IMG/VR virus record: IMGVR_UViG_3300031658_000010
Coordinates: 1 to 53,415 of that record
Origin: a virus
Taxonomy: Duplodnaviria; Caudoviricetes
Strand: one strand, 5' to 3'
Length of the DNA stretch: 53,415 nucleotides
Shown here: one piece after another, positions 20,701-30,700 of the stretch
How the letters are laid out: each line of letters starts with the position of its first letter
Position numbering within the stretch: position 1 is the stretch's first letter
Translations under genes and position numbers: made by a program
Notes under the pieces: model-generated
Told to the model about the DNA's origin: nothing
The model's database searches: none
What the model saw: only the letters and a program-made list of their open reading frames with translations

Positions 20701-21053
20701 CAGTAGGCTGTGAAAGTATAATTTATAAATCAGGACAAAGTAGAACTAGTAATCCTACATGGAGTACTGCGAAGTTTATTAATAATGGAAAAACACTTCC
20801 GCCGATGACGTGGGCTATGTTTGTCTATGATAAATGTAGGATAGTTGGAAAGGCTGATCCTAAATGGACCATCTCCAATACTACTAACTCGTCAGTGGCT
20901 GATATATATTTTGAAAGCAAATATCTAACATATCTTTTTAAAGACCCAGGAAAGTATATGATAACTTTAGAACTTACTGATACGAATGGGAATAAATATA
21001 AAAAAAGTAGAAATATTTTAAATATAAAACAAACAAAACAAAATGGCAATTAG
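17748..21053 (+). CDS. Large structural protein, gp7-like wedge segment plus PKD-like domains (TTG start)
   Basis: IGSYKGLINAIKFFGY..IKEFW resembles gp7/gpI; GHYNVEMKLFD and PGKYMITLELTD are PKD-like; Trp-rich repeats. Confidence 0.55.
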   Translation: MNRWQHLHFFDKEGQNYNMNYDSTTDMWTGDIFLPQVSIDLFEVGQLFILQKMVDSTNNSFQFGYPHDYIDGSTGDPTGTGGCGWDAEWKTIDPKEVFLFQFDKDFNTGTQSALVQEPDGPPLVKYDKLNIPLDYDDSQTINDEGFIVTDDIRSIALQINIAFSSSDENTYKRTLQITDKCTNNIIAEFTVWAESIEEDERLKVMTQNMGYNVIAADSTIFRDTNLKEALPDFVEINLKRKEIMMEGNNIYPYIGSYKGLINAIKFFGYDNLKIKEFWKNVNANSPTFGKYIQSSAVDMFSPTVKFDDKSITLPNKNFRKTSMFSLIYRINKINPDKFTSEDLPVTEEVQDFTIEEVLLKLFGLKRKLEREYLPLNAHIKDITAEADYFGLLEVTNTISRNDTNTVKVGINTDFKVSPSSCSYLEDLRTFNSFCLEEAAVVGPAIINFCNAYIAPLAGGSAAVGANMIAGPYTPGQTLPPPPIGPDTNSVLGTLQDGGDVSIKSVAGVYAAYFARYAPNLNRTLAEFVPGESSRSLPDQPGVKSGALVTLTNDSFNNVTWDNVSSTWNDLNNANDFFTFDFNVQGANIGDIFNISDPATSTSVTHTVAVGDTIQSITTSLYNQVALLKTNQTDPWLWFDWSQVTNDIGPCIRSYGNDVNRFVPSVILANSGSGGAYTETQLPGETLFTWDGIGSGNFTEIEWTVYKDASEVSPAYYYNIRGEIGTYGTLPITLPYVGHYNVEMKLFDVYNNISSSVKTSAICVDERQVEYSGWYQGRKLDYNWNNEGKYIWNDYGSLWDLPIAPSTTWDEETPSLYDSLDRVNAILNTFGIGTSTDFQLMNYQDNGKASFSGPYQWNNLNTKHTDWDNAYHLWWDMTATTGDSPGFFQFNEIQPNSYLKIVDKNGIAGTEYFDFTVDTLGEAVNLLNVSTDPVINKYVYNLVMNAQSNQIFVQAVARYYGAHGDFTSVDMVNVNGLRICSDATGAVGCESIIYKSGQSRTSNPTWSTAKFINNGKTLPPMTWAMFVYDKCRIVGKADPKWTISNTTNSSVADIYFESKYLTYLFKDPGKYMITLELTDTNGNKYKKSRNILNIKQTKQNGN

Positions 21054-21696
21054 CATAACAGAAATTTTAGGAACGGATTCTTTATCCGGATCGAGGTTGG
21101 TAATAAATGATAACTTTAATGTTATCACGAGTGAGATCAATTCGATGGAGGTATATTTTGCCCCAGCAGCAGGTACTATCACTAACTTAACTAATGTTTC
21201 TACTGAGGCATTGAGAGTTGGTTTGAGTACAATATTACTAGATATTAACGCTAGTACTTTTGATATTTTAACAAACGTTAGAATGACTGGTAATCTTACT
21301 ATGTCAGGTGGCGGTGTATTCAGAAATGATACTAGCCCAACTACATTAGATGACGTAGGTCAAGGAATGCCTGCAGTAATACAAGTTGGGACGTCTACAG
21401 CAATACCAAATTATACTATGTATAGGGTTGGTAATTCAGATCCAACAGTTGGAGCAGGTGGTCTTTTAACATTACAATTAAATACTGGAAGTATTGGACA
21501 AGAAATTTTCTTTACATATAGTATTGGATCAAATATTGTAAATATAATAGGTAATGCTAATATGGTATTATCAGGTGGTGGTACGAAGATTACAATGAAT
21601 GAACTAGGCCAAACTGTACATCTTTTAGCTATAGATAATGGCGGAGGATTACCGATTTGGTATGTAGTAGGCGGTAACGGATATACAATAGCATAA
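21043..21696 (+). CDS. Putative short fibre/baseplate protein
   Basis: N-terminal DSLSGSRLVINDNF anchor-like motif; beta-rich C-terminus ending WYVVGG. Confidence 0.5.
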   Translation: MAISITEILGTDSLSGSRLVINDNFNVITSEINSMEVYFAPAAGTITNLTNVSTEALRVGLSTILLDINASTFDILTNVRMTGNLTMSGGGVFRNDTSPTTLDDVGQGMPAVIQVGTSTAIPNYTMYRVGNSDPTVGAGGLLTLQLNTGSIGQEIFFTYSIGSNIVNIIGNANMVLSGGGTKITMNELGQTVHLLAIDNGGGLPIWYVVGGNGYTIA

Positions 21697-21717
21697 TAAC
21701 AAAAGATAAAACGACAC

Positions 21718-23832
21718 ATGGCAACAACGCCCTTAATTAAAACACCGCAAGCAGATGGTGGAACATTTTACACATTCTCATCTTCTGCCAAAGACTTATC
21801 TAGGACCCTCAATAATGACGATCTTAAATTAGTCTTTTCTAAATTCGTGCTTCTTAATCTACCAGATATGGATAGGTTGGACCCAACGACATTTAGTCAA
21901 TATCAAAACTATATGCAGTTTGATACTATTGATGGTGCTATTTTTGCAGGCGGCTTAAAGGGTGATCCTAATGTTAACTTTACCGAGAGCCTTCAGAATT
22001 ATGCATTAAATTTAGAAGAACTCATTATAAGTGATGTAGGGTATGATAACACTACAAATTTAACTGTTACTGAGCGAGTATTCTTTAAGTGGTTAAAGGA
22101 AACTGGTGCTATGAGGTTTAGAGAGGCTACTGTATTAGAGCAAGTAGGTGGTTTAACAACGCCAAGATTTTGTGAGGAGAATGAGGTTACAACAGGAACA
22201 CGACAATATAGACCAGTTGTAAAGTATATCGGTGCTATAGATATTGTAAACAATGTAGATAAAGCAGGAGAAGCTTATACTGAGTTGTATATTAATGTCC
22301 CTACAGAGGTAGGTAAGACACCTACAATACTCTTTGATTCTATATCTGACACGAACTATCAACCATCACTAAAAATACAAGGAACAAGTGAATGGATTCT
22401 AGGTAGAAATTCAGCTACTATACACCCACAAGGATTAGATATTTTAGCTTGGTACGATTATGACCAACCTTTACAAGGCCCTAACTCTGCAGGTTATACA
22501 GATCCTAATGCAAATTGGATGGAGGAATCAACACCACCAAATACAATAGATGCGTACTTCACAGAGCCAACATCGTTTACTAGCGTATTAAATGCTAATA
22601 TTAGAAAATACCCTGCTGATTATGGTAACCCATCTGGTTACAATGGATCTGCATATGTAAGAAGTGAACTAGATGGAATTAGTATAGATTTTAATCCTGC
22701 TGATTACCAACAGATTGCTATAGATTCTGCAATAAGCACAATACCACAGTTTAATGGTAGTGATTTAGCACAGTCGTTTGAATTTAATGCAGTGTTAGTT
22801 TATTATGATATGGTCGACTTGAGTGATTCGTCTAAGACAACTACTAACTTATATGGTATTTTATTATTAGATAATGTAACGCCTACAACAGATGGTGGAT
22901 ATATTCAAAGATACCCAAAATATAAACCTAACACAACTACTGGACAAAACGGTAATAGTTATGGCTTCAAAATAAATTTAAGATTCGATGCTTCACCAGG
23001 ATCTGCTGGGATTGATACAATCGTAAATGATTATAATACTTTCTCAATGGGGCTTTTCTCTGATGCATCTGCTCAGTTACAAGCATCTGCTCAAATATTC
23101 CAAAGACAACAGCTAGAAATTGCTGATATGGAAATTAGATTAGCTGCAATGGAAAATACTTTAAATTCTGTTAGTACTTCAGCATTCTTACAATCACAGA
23201 TCACTGCACTAAATACTAAAGTTGATAATGCATCACTTGCCTTTGCGAGTAGTACTACACTGTTGGATCTTATTGCTAAAAACTCTGATGAGATTCAAGC
23301 ATTAGCTAACGGTGACGTTTCAACTAAATTACAATACAATACTTCAGTAGTACAACAAGGAACTGGTATTACTATTAATACTAACACACCAAACCAAATA
23401 CAAGTATCAAGTAATGTGCAGGCATACAACTTAATGGTTCCAGTAAATAATAATGATATACAAATAACTACAGCTAACCCATTAAACTTAAATGTTGTAA
23501 CACCACAAGTATTCACTGAATTAGATACTTATACTAATATGCTAAGATTAGACACCATTAACGAAGCTGGTGGCGATCTTAATATCTATATAAATGATAC
23601 AGGTACTCAGTGGAGAACCGGGCAAACTTTAAGATTAACATTCAACAATGCTTTGTTAATAGGATCAAGAAATATAAGATTATACACTGATGCACCTAGT
23701 AGGCTAAATAGTGGATCATACGGTAAGTTAGCTGCAAATATACCAAATACAGATTTAAGTAATATTCCAATCATTGATTTAATTTGCACAGAGCAAGGAG
23801 TATTAACTTTTGTCTATGACATAGTCAAATAA
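21718..23832 (+). CDS. Putative structural protein with coiled-coil segment (704 aa)
   Basis: Context; T/N/S/G-rich composition. Confidence 0.5.
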   Translation: MATTPLIKTPQADGGTFYTFSSSAKDLSRTLNNDDLKLVFSKFVLLNLPDMDRLDPTTFSQYQNYMQFDTIDGAIFAGGLKGDPNVNFTESLQNYALNLEELIISDVGYDNTTNLTVTERVFFKWLKETGAMRFREATVLEQVGGLTTPRFCEENEVTTGTRQYRPVVKYIGAIDIVNNVDKAGEAYTELYINVPTEVGKTPTILFDSISDTNYQPSLKIQGTSEWILGRNSATIHPQGLDILAWYDYDQPLQGPNSAGYTDPNANWMEESTPPNTIDAYFTEPTSFTSVLNANIRKYPADYGNPSGYNGSAYVRSELDGISIDFNPADYQQIAIDSAISTIPQFNGSDLAQSFEFNAVLVYYDMVDLSDSSKTTTNLYGILLLDNVTPTTDGGYIQRYPKYKPNTTTGQNGNSYGFKINLRFDASPGSAGIDTIVNDYNTFSMGLFSDASAQLQASAQIFQRQQLEIADMEIRLAAMENTLNSVSTSAFLQSQITALNTKVDNASLAFASSTTLLDLIAKNSDEIQALANGDVSTKLQYNTSVVQQGTGITINTNTPNQIQVSSNVQAYNLMVPVNNNDIQITTANPLNLNVVTPQVFTELDTYTNMLRLDTINEAGGDLNIYINDTGTQWRTGQTLRLTFNNALLIGSRNIRLYTDAPSRLNSGSYGKLAANIPNTDLSNIPIIDLICTEQGVLTFVYDIVK

Positions 23833-23855
23833 ATAATAAAATTGAAACTTATATA

Positions 23856-26800
23856 ATGGCTGCAACACCTAAACCAACTGGAACAAGTAAAGGAACTAAC
23901 AATTCAATACAGACGATGCTTCCTGAATTGTTAAGACTTTTTAACAATTCACTTGAGAGCTTTGAAAAAGTTAATCAAGCAATCACATCAAGTAGAGATT
24001 CTGTAACTGTTAATATACAGAACAACGACGGGACTAATTCTAGAATTACTATCCCAAGCTTTGGTTTCCTTAAAAATTCAGTTGACAGATTAAATACAAA
24101 CATCAACACTATTACTAATTTTAATGATGCTAATAGTTCTATAAGATTACCTGATGGTACCTTTAGGAAATTAGTATTAGCAAAGTTACCAACTGAGGCG
24201 TTCGATGTAACTGCAATGAATTCAGTAAATGAATTCAATGTTAAACCTAACTGGTTTTTTGAAGAACTAATTAATCCTTTACTTTATATTTCTTTTGATA
24301 TTACAGGACAAGCACCAATTGATACCGAAAGAGCAATTGTACAGAGATATATCCTAGATACTAATTCACAAAGTAAGATTAACTATTTTATTAATCAGTA
24401 TAATGGAAATGCTAACATCTCGTATGATACATTCCTACAAGAGATTGTTGAAAAGAATATATCATATGTTTTAGATGAAGCAGTTGTAGACTTACCACCA
24501 AGAGACAAGAGGTACTCTGGTGAATTTAGTGTAATCCGAATTGGTGAAGAAAGTATTACTGAGACTGTTAATGGTGTTTCACAAACAGTAGTTCAAAAAT
24601 TATATAAACTTAATAAAGTATTCTATACAGATTCAGAAGCTGATTTTGCTGACACTATACAGCTTAAGGTTGGTGATAGTCTAGAGGTCGTATCGACGCC
24701 GATTGATACTAGATATACAGTAACCCAAATAGACACCAGTACAAACTCAGTAACAGTAAGATTACAAGAAGGTTCGCGTACAATAAGTATTGGGGCTGGT
24801 GTATTAAAGATAGGATCAAGCTTAAATGATCTTTTAGAAGTTGACGTTACTGTTGGTTTTAATGAAAGATGTGTAACCTTTATCAAACCAATTGATCCAG
24901 ATTCTAAAATACCAGCAGTTAACTGGTCGCCTGGTAGTGGTTTTTATACTAATGACTTAACTACTATTGATACAAATGGTACACAACAGAACTTAGCTGA
25001 TTATTATCAGAGAAATGCAGTTGATTTTGGTAGATATCTTTTGTCATTTGCAGAAGATAAGATACCTACGAGTAGAGAAGGATTAAAACCTAACGCTCCG
25101 GTGCTGTCACCTGATGATTTTACAGTATCACTGATAAATGGACAAGTTAGTAACTCAGATGCTATTGTACAACTTAAAGATTTAAACAATCAGAAAAATA
25201 CGATTCAGTCTACATTAACTGAGTTAGATGTTGCAATTGCACAGAGTAGAGAAAAAATACAATCAACGAATTATTCTACTGAAGTTGAAAGAGATGCTGA
25301 TAAGAATGCATTACAAGGTCTTATTACCGAACGTGCATCACAGGCAAAATTATATTCATCAGTAGTTACCGAGATAGATGCATCTGCTAGTGACAATTCA
25401 GTAAGTAGTGTATCTCCTAAATATAGAGTAAGAGGGTTCTGGTCAATGCCAGAAGAAAAGTCAGCACCTGAAACAGGCGTACAGGATATAATAAAATTTA
25501 CATACCGTTACAGGTATCTGTCTGCTGATGGTGCAGCCAATCCAGTAAATCAGTTTACTTATACTGACGGTAGTGGAACTAGCCAAGGTGCATTTTCAAA
25601 TTATGTTATTATTGACAGTGTATTAAGACCTAGGACTAAGAATAGCATTACAGGTTTATATGAATGGGTTGCTATTGATGATGATAATGCAGACTCGGTT
25701 AATATTAACCAATTAGATATACCAATTAGAAAAGGTGAGCAAGTAGAAATACAAGTAACATCTATATCAGAGGCTGGTTGGCCATCAAATCCACTAAAAA
25801 GTGATTGGAGTACAGCAGTAAGAGTTGAATTTCCAGCCGATCTAGGATCTGATAGCGCGATAGATTCTATATTAGCACAGAACAAAGAAGACTTATCATT
25901 AGTTGCATTAAATCAAAACTTAGAATCTATTGGACTACCAACACATCTAAGTAGTTCTTTTACTGCAAACGAAACATACTTTGCTCATTCAACACCAGTA
26001 ATAGCATCAGGATTTTTATCAGAAAATCAAACACCTATTGATCTATTTACTAAGTTGAATGAAATGCAAAATCAGATAGATTTATTTGCTGAGATATTAA
26101 ATAGTACACAGGGTGAATTAACTACAACATTAGTTGATGATACTGGAAATACTTTTAATTTAAGAAGGAATGCAGTTACTAAAGTGTTCGCAGGTTTTTA
26201 TTCACAAGAAATAAAAGACTTAGACGACCCAAGAGGTGCAATCATCTCAAAAACATATTTCATTAATATTGCAAATTCTTCACAGACTGCATTACAATTA
26301 ATAGCTAGAATTACTGGTAACAGATCAAGAATGGTTAAACAATCAGAAAACGCTGGATCTTATTCAACAACAAATACAACCGCAGTAAGTAGTGGTGCTA
26401 CGATACTACCAGCAACATATGCATGGCTAGATAATAGCGCAGCTAACCAATCAAATAGTAGAGCTACGTACAGATCTGATGATGTAGATTATAACACAAT
26501 TAGAAAATATGATCTTACACCGATTCTATTGACTAACCCTTCAGTAACGGCTACAACAAAATATGGACAGACTGTTTCACTAGCACCGTTCCAATCAACA
26601 CAGAACAAGAATCAGTACATTTATAGTAGGTTTAGTGATGTTTCTGCTGAGGGTAATTTTTATAGTTATATTAATCCAAACGACGAATTCACAGTAAACT
26701 TAGATACTGTAGAAAATATTTATAGTGCAACTACCGATACTGGTGTTGCATTACCAGGTACTGAGTTTATATGGGGTGGTGGATTTACTGCAGGTGGCTT

Positions 26801-27734
26801 ACCAACAACAACACCGAGTTATCCTACTACTGATGAAGTAGTACAAGTTTCTATTGCTCATCCGTGGTTAAAAAGTTATAAAGCATACACTAACGCATAC
26901 AAAGCACTAACTGGTGATCTTGTAACATTACCAGCATTTGGTACAGCAGTAAACTGTACATCAGGCGCTGGTGGGAATGGTACAGCAGCAGTTATGTTTA
27001 GGCAATCTAAATTTGCACCACTTAAAATTGATGATACTTATGGAAAAGAACAAGCAATATATTTAAATGAGAATGTTGCTGATCTTACTGCATTAGCTAC
27101 ATCATTAGGAAATGTTGCGTTTGATAACGGTATACAAACTCTGCAGGCTAGCCCATCATTAGTTAATATTGCTAACTTATCTATTATTGATTATAGCAGA
27201 AATGCAAAAACATCATTTGAGGGGTTTGATCAATATACACTAGGTAAACAATCATGCGGATCTTATCTATTCGTTTCATCTGATAACCATCAGAATATAC
27301 AAGTTGATGGTGATGCAATACAGTCCTATGAAGTAGTTGCATTCGGCCAACAGAATGCTATAAGTATTCCATTAGTATTCCAGTATAGGATGTCTGATTA
27401 CTTTGGTGTTACATCTGGTAGTGGATTAGGAAATGTTGCAGGTGATTCATCAGGTAACACAGTTAATCTTGCTTATGCTAAAAGGGTTGGTATCGACATA
27501 TACCCAAACAACAGCGATGTTGTACAATTTGATATTGAAATCTCTGCTAACTATAGATCTGATAGGTTAAGTATTAAACAATTTCCACAGGCAACTGTAA
27601 CAAAAGGACTGAATGATTTAGAAAAAGTTGTAAGAGGATTAAGACCTTCATTAAATCAAGCAGCCATATCAAGAAACACTGCTCATAATGGAACGTCATG
27701 GGGTGGTAATACTGGTATCGGTGGCGTGATGTAA
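23856..27734 (+). CDS. Large putative structural protein (1292 aa; coiled coil plus FN3-like segment)
   Basis: QVEIQVTSISEAGWP..KSDWS is FN3-like; context. Confidence 0.5.
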   Translation: MAATPKPTGTSKGTNNSIQTMLPELLRLFNNSLESFEKVNQAITSSRDSVTVNIQNNDGTNSRITIPSFGFLKNSVDRLNTNINTITNFNDANSSIRLPDGTFRKLVLAKLPTEAFDVTAMNSVNEFNVKPNWFFEELINPLLYISFDITGQAPIDTERAIVQRYILDTNSQSKINYFINQYNGNANISYDTFLQEIVEKNISYVLDEAVVDLPPRDKRYSGEFSVIRIGEESITETVNGVSQTVVQKLYKLNKVFYTDSEADFADTIQLKVGDSLEVVSTPIDTRYTVTQIDTSTNSVTVRLQEGSRTISIGAGVLKIGSSLNDLLEVDVTVGFNERCVTFIKPIDPDSKIPAVNWSPGSGFYTNDLTTIDTNGTQQNLADYYQRNAVDFGRYLLSFAEDKIPTSREGLKPNAPVLSPDDFTVSLINGQVSNSDAIVQLKDLNNQKNTIQSTLTELDVAIAQSREKIQSTNYSTEVERDADKNALQGLITERASQAKLYSSVVTEIDASASDNSVSSVSPKYRVRGFWSMPEEKSAPETGVQDIIKFTYRYRYLSADGAANPVNQFTYTDGSGTSQGAFSNYVIIDSVLRPRTKNSITGLYEWVAIDDDNADSVNINQLDIPIRKGEQVEIQVTSISEAGWPSNPLKSDWSTAVRVEFPADLGSDSAIDSILAQNKEDLSLVALNQNLESIGLPTHLSSSFTANETYFAHSTPVIASGFLSENQTPIDLFTKLNEMQNQIDLFAEILNSTQGELTTTLVDDTGNTFNLRRNAVTKVFAGFYSQEIKDLDDPRGAIISKTYFINIANSSQTALQLIARITGNRSRMVKQSENAGSYSTTNTTAVSSGATILPATYAWLDNSAANQSNSRATYRSDDVDYNTIRKYDLTPILLTNPSVTATTKYGQTVSLAPFQSTQNKNQYIYSRFSDVSAEGNFYSYINPNDEFTVNLDTVENIYSATTDTGVALPGTEFIWGGGFTAGGLPTTTPSYPTTDEVVQVSIAHPWLKSYKAYTNAYKALTGDLVTLPAFGTAVNCTSGAGGNGTAAVMFRQSKFAPLKIDDTYGKEQAIYLNENVADLTALATSLGNVAFDNGIQTLQASPSLVNIANLSIIDYSRNAKTSFEGFDQYTLGKQSCGSYLFVSSDNHQNIQVDGDAIQSYEVVAFGQQNAISIPLVFQYRMSDYFGVTSGSGLGNVAGDSSGNTVNLAYAKRVGIDIYPNNSDVVQFDIEISANYRSDRLSIKQFPQATVTKGLNDLEKVVRGLRPSLNQAAISRNTAHNGTSWGGNTGIGGVM

Positions 27735-27758
27735 TTTAAACGTTGCCTAATTATTAAC

Positions 27759-27798
27759 TTTATCTTTTGGTGAATATATAAAAAAAGTAAAAGATAAA
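27759..27798 (+). promoter_or_regulatory. Perfect 10-bp inverted repeat (tttatctttt/aaaagataaa) enclosing the putative late promoter AATATATAA (27773-27781)
   Basis: The 3' arm ends 1 nt before ATG 27800. Confidence 0.65.
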
Positions 27799-27799
27799 T

Positions 27800-30700
27800 A
27801 TGGCTGAAAAACTGCTCGACCAAGCATCATACAGTATTGCAAGAACTAATCCTAAATTAACAGCTAATGTTAAGATAGTATCTGATGGAACGGATATTTA
27901 CTTAGAGTCGTTCAGTGCAAACACTAGATTAGCTTCCCAAAAATTTAAGGCCTTTAAGGTTGATGGAACTAGTACATATGACCAAGATGTATTTAGATTC
28001 TTTGATAGCGGAAAATTCCCAATAGAGTCAGCTTACGAAATTCATCAAGAATATGAAGATACTGCAATCTTATCTGATTATGGTAACCAATATGAAATGT
28101 TTTATTCAGCAGGTACTAGATCTATTGCATCAGAATCATATACACAAAGCCTAGGGACGTTAGCACCGCTATGGCTAAATGAACAGATACCTAGCTCGTT
28201 TGTAATTTTTAGATTAGACAATCCAGTTGGAGTTAACAATCTAAATGCAAAGGGTGAGAATGACGGGACGGTAGACGCGCAAACATCAGCTAACTTCACA
28301 AAGCAAGTATTAGAAAATTGCACAGCAATCAAAACGTTTGATCTAACAGAAGGTACTTTATTAGGTGCTTATATTAGAAACTATAGAAACCAAGAAGAGT
28401 TTCCAACAGTACCACTTAACATGACATGGAGAAAGGATGAGCCAATCTTATGGAATGGTATATCCTATAAAAATGGTGGATTTACTAGCAGTGGTAATTT
28501 TGCATATGATGATATGGTGGTTAAAGATTCAACTATTATACAAGACGAGTATTTATTTACACAAGGTTTCCAGAATAATGGAATACTTTTAGCAAATCTT
28601 TTAAATTTAGAATTCTTATTCGATGACCCAACTGCTGATGACTATACTATTAATAGATACTTTGGTATGTATGTTAATGAAATAGAAGAAGGTAGGTTTG
28701 ATTTGTCCGGTGAAGCATTTTATAAAAATACAGAAAAAACTCAGTTACCTAAAATAAAAACTATAACAGAAGTATCTCAATATTTAAATACTCCATTTGA
28801 AATTACAAACGAGGATGGTATTTTATTATTTTTAGATCCTGTTAAAACTACGACAGTTACAGGCCTACCTACACCGACTCGAGTAAATGAAGTTGAATCG
28901 GTATTTTATGTTAAAGATAAAGAAGACGACTACCATACAGTTAAAAAGGGTGGTACCTGGGGTAAAGATCAGATTAGATTATTTGATACTAAAGTAGACG
29001 TTTCATTATTTACTGGCTATAAACAACCTGATACCTTTGCAAATGCAAGTATTATAAACCACGAAGGTTTTGCACAAATGTACTTGAAAATTGTTGGAAA
29101 TACAGTACAACCTGTACCATACCCAACAGTGACAGCTGTTGTTAATGGGCAACAAATTAATGTAGCTGCTGGTGATACTATAAATATTAATAGTATTAGT
29201 AATACCATTGCAGTGGGCCGAGTTGTAACGTCTACACATAGCAGTGTTAAAATACCACAAGGTACTACAGTGACAACAATAGGATCGTCTACAATGACGC
29301 TAAGTAACAAAGTATCATTACTTGATAATGCGTTACTATTCTTTACACCAGCAGCAGTTCCTGATAACCAAGTACAGGAAGGTTCTAAAATATCTTTCTA
29401 TGACGGTGACCCTAGTATTGCATCAAACTTGACTGGTGAAATTTTTGCTGATAGTACATTAGCACCAATTCCTGGTAAGTCTTTTGAAAAATTCTTTAAT
29501 CCCAACGGTACTACACAAGAAGTTGCACAGGCTATAACATCAGCAATCAACACAGGTATATCTGAAAATGTTAGATTCTTTACAGCTACGTTTAATGATA
29601 GTACTGTTTACATAAAGTCAAGATTTAGTGGTTCAAGATTTAATCAACTTAGTTTTGGTTTGGACGTAACATACCCAGAACAGCTTACACAAATACAGTC
29701 ATACCCAACAACAGTAGTAGCTACCCCAATCAAAAACTTTGTTGGTGGTAATGATGTTACTCGTAGTTTACTTAAAGTAGAGAATAGTGACCAAGATAGA
29801 TTTATTAATGGAAACTTTGTACAGACTACTGGTGGCTATACTAATATTGGAGACTGGGTTCCATACACAGAAGAACCTATATACAATGGCTTAAATCAAA
29901 TTATAGGATATACTGATATTAATAAATATGTAGTCATAACTTGCAATGATAACCAGATAATGGTTACAAGATCTAATCAAGTAGCACTATACTCAGATTA
30001 TAAACCATCTTTTGGTAGATTTTCATTCTTTGATGTTAAAGATTTTGATTTTGATTTTTATAGTACGCTGTATAGCGAACAGGGTGAATTGGATTACGAG
30101 ACTACTGAATACAACCAACAATCAGTGACATTATCAGGTTCGGTATATGAAGGAGTTAGCATGAACCCACAAATAAGGAGTTTTTATGACAATGGTGGAT
30201 TTTATAATCTTATCGGTTTATTGGGTGATGCTGAGGATGAGAACCCAACCAACGAGTATATTAAAAGTGAATATAATAGACTTGAAGAAAATTACCTGAC
30301 ATCACAAGCTAACATATCAAGAATTGCTCCATACATTAATAAATGGGCATGGGTTAATGATGGTAGAGATGTGAGAAACCACCCGTATCGATTAGATATA
30401 AACCAAGCATTTGGTCTTAACAATTTTGCTCCATCCAGATGGGACTTAGTACAAGAAGCCAGTGGCTTCACCCATGAATGGTATTACCTATCAGAGTTTC
30501 CTAATTATTTTACACAAGACGCTATAAAAAGTTCATGGAGTTATATTGACACTGCACCGACAGATAATACACCAGCAAATATTATGACAGGTGCAGCGCT
30601 TATACCTGGTACATTCCAAGATGTTACAACAGATAACTTCAACGATTATTTTATTGTGCAGCGATTTACTACTAATGGAATTACCGAGATTGATAGGCAA

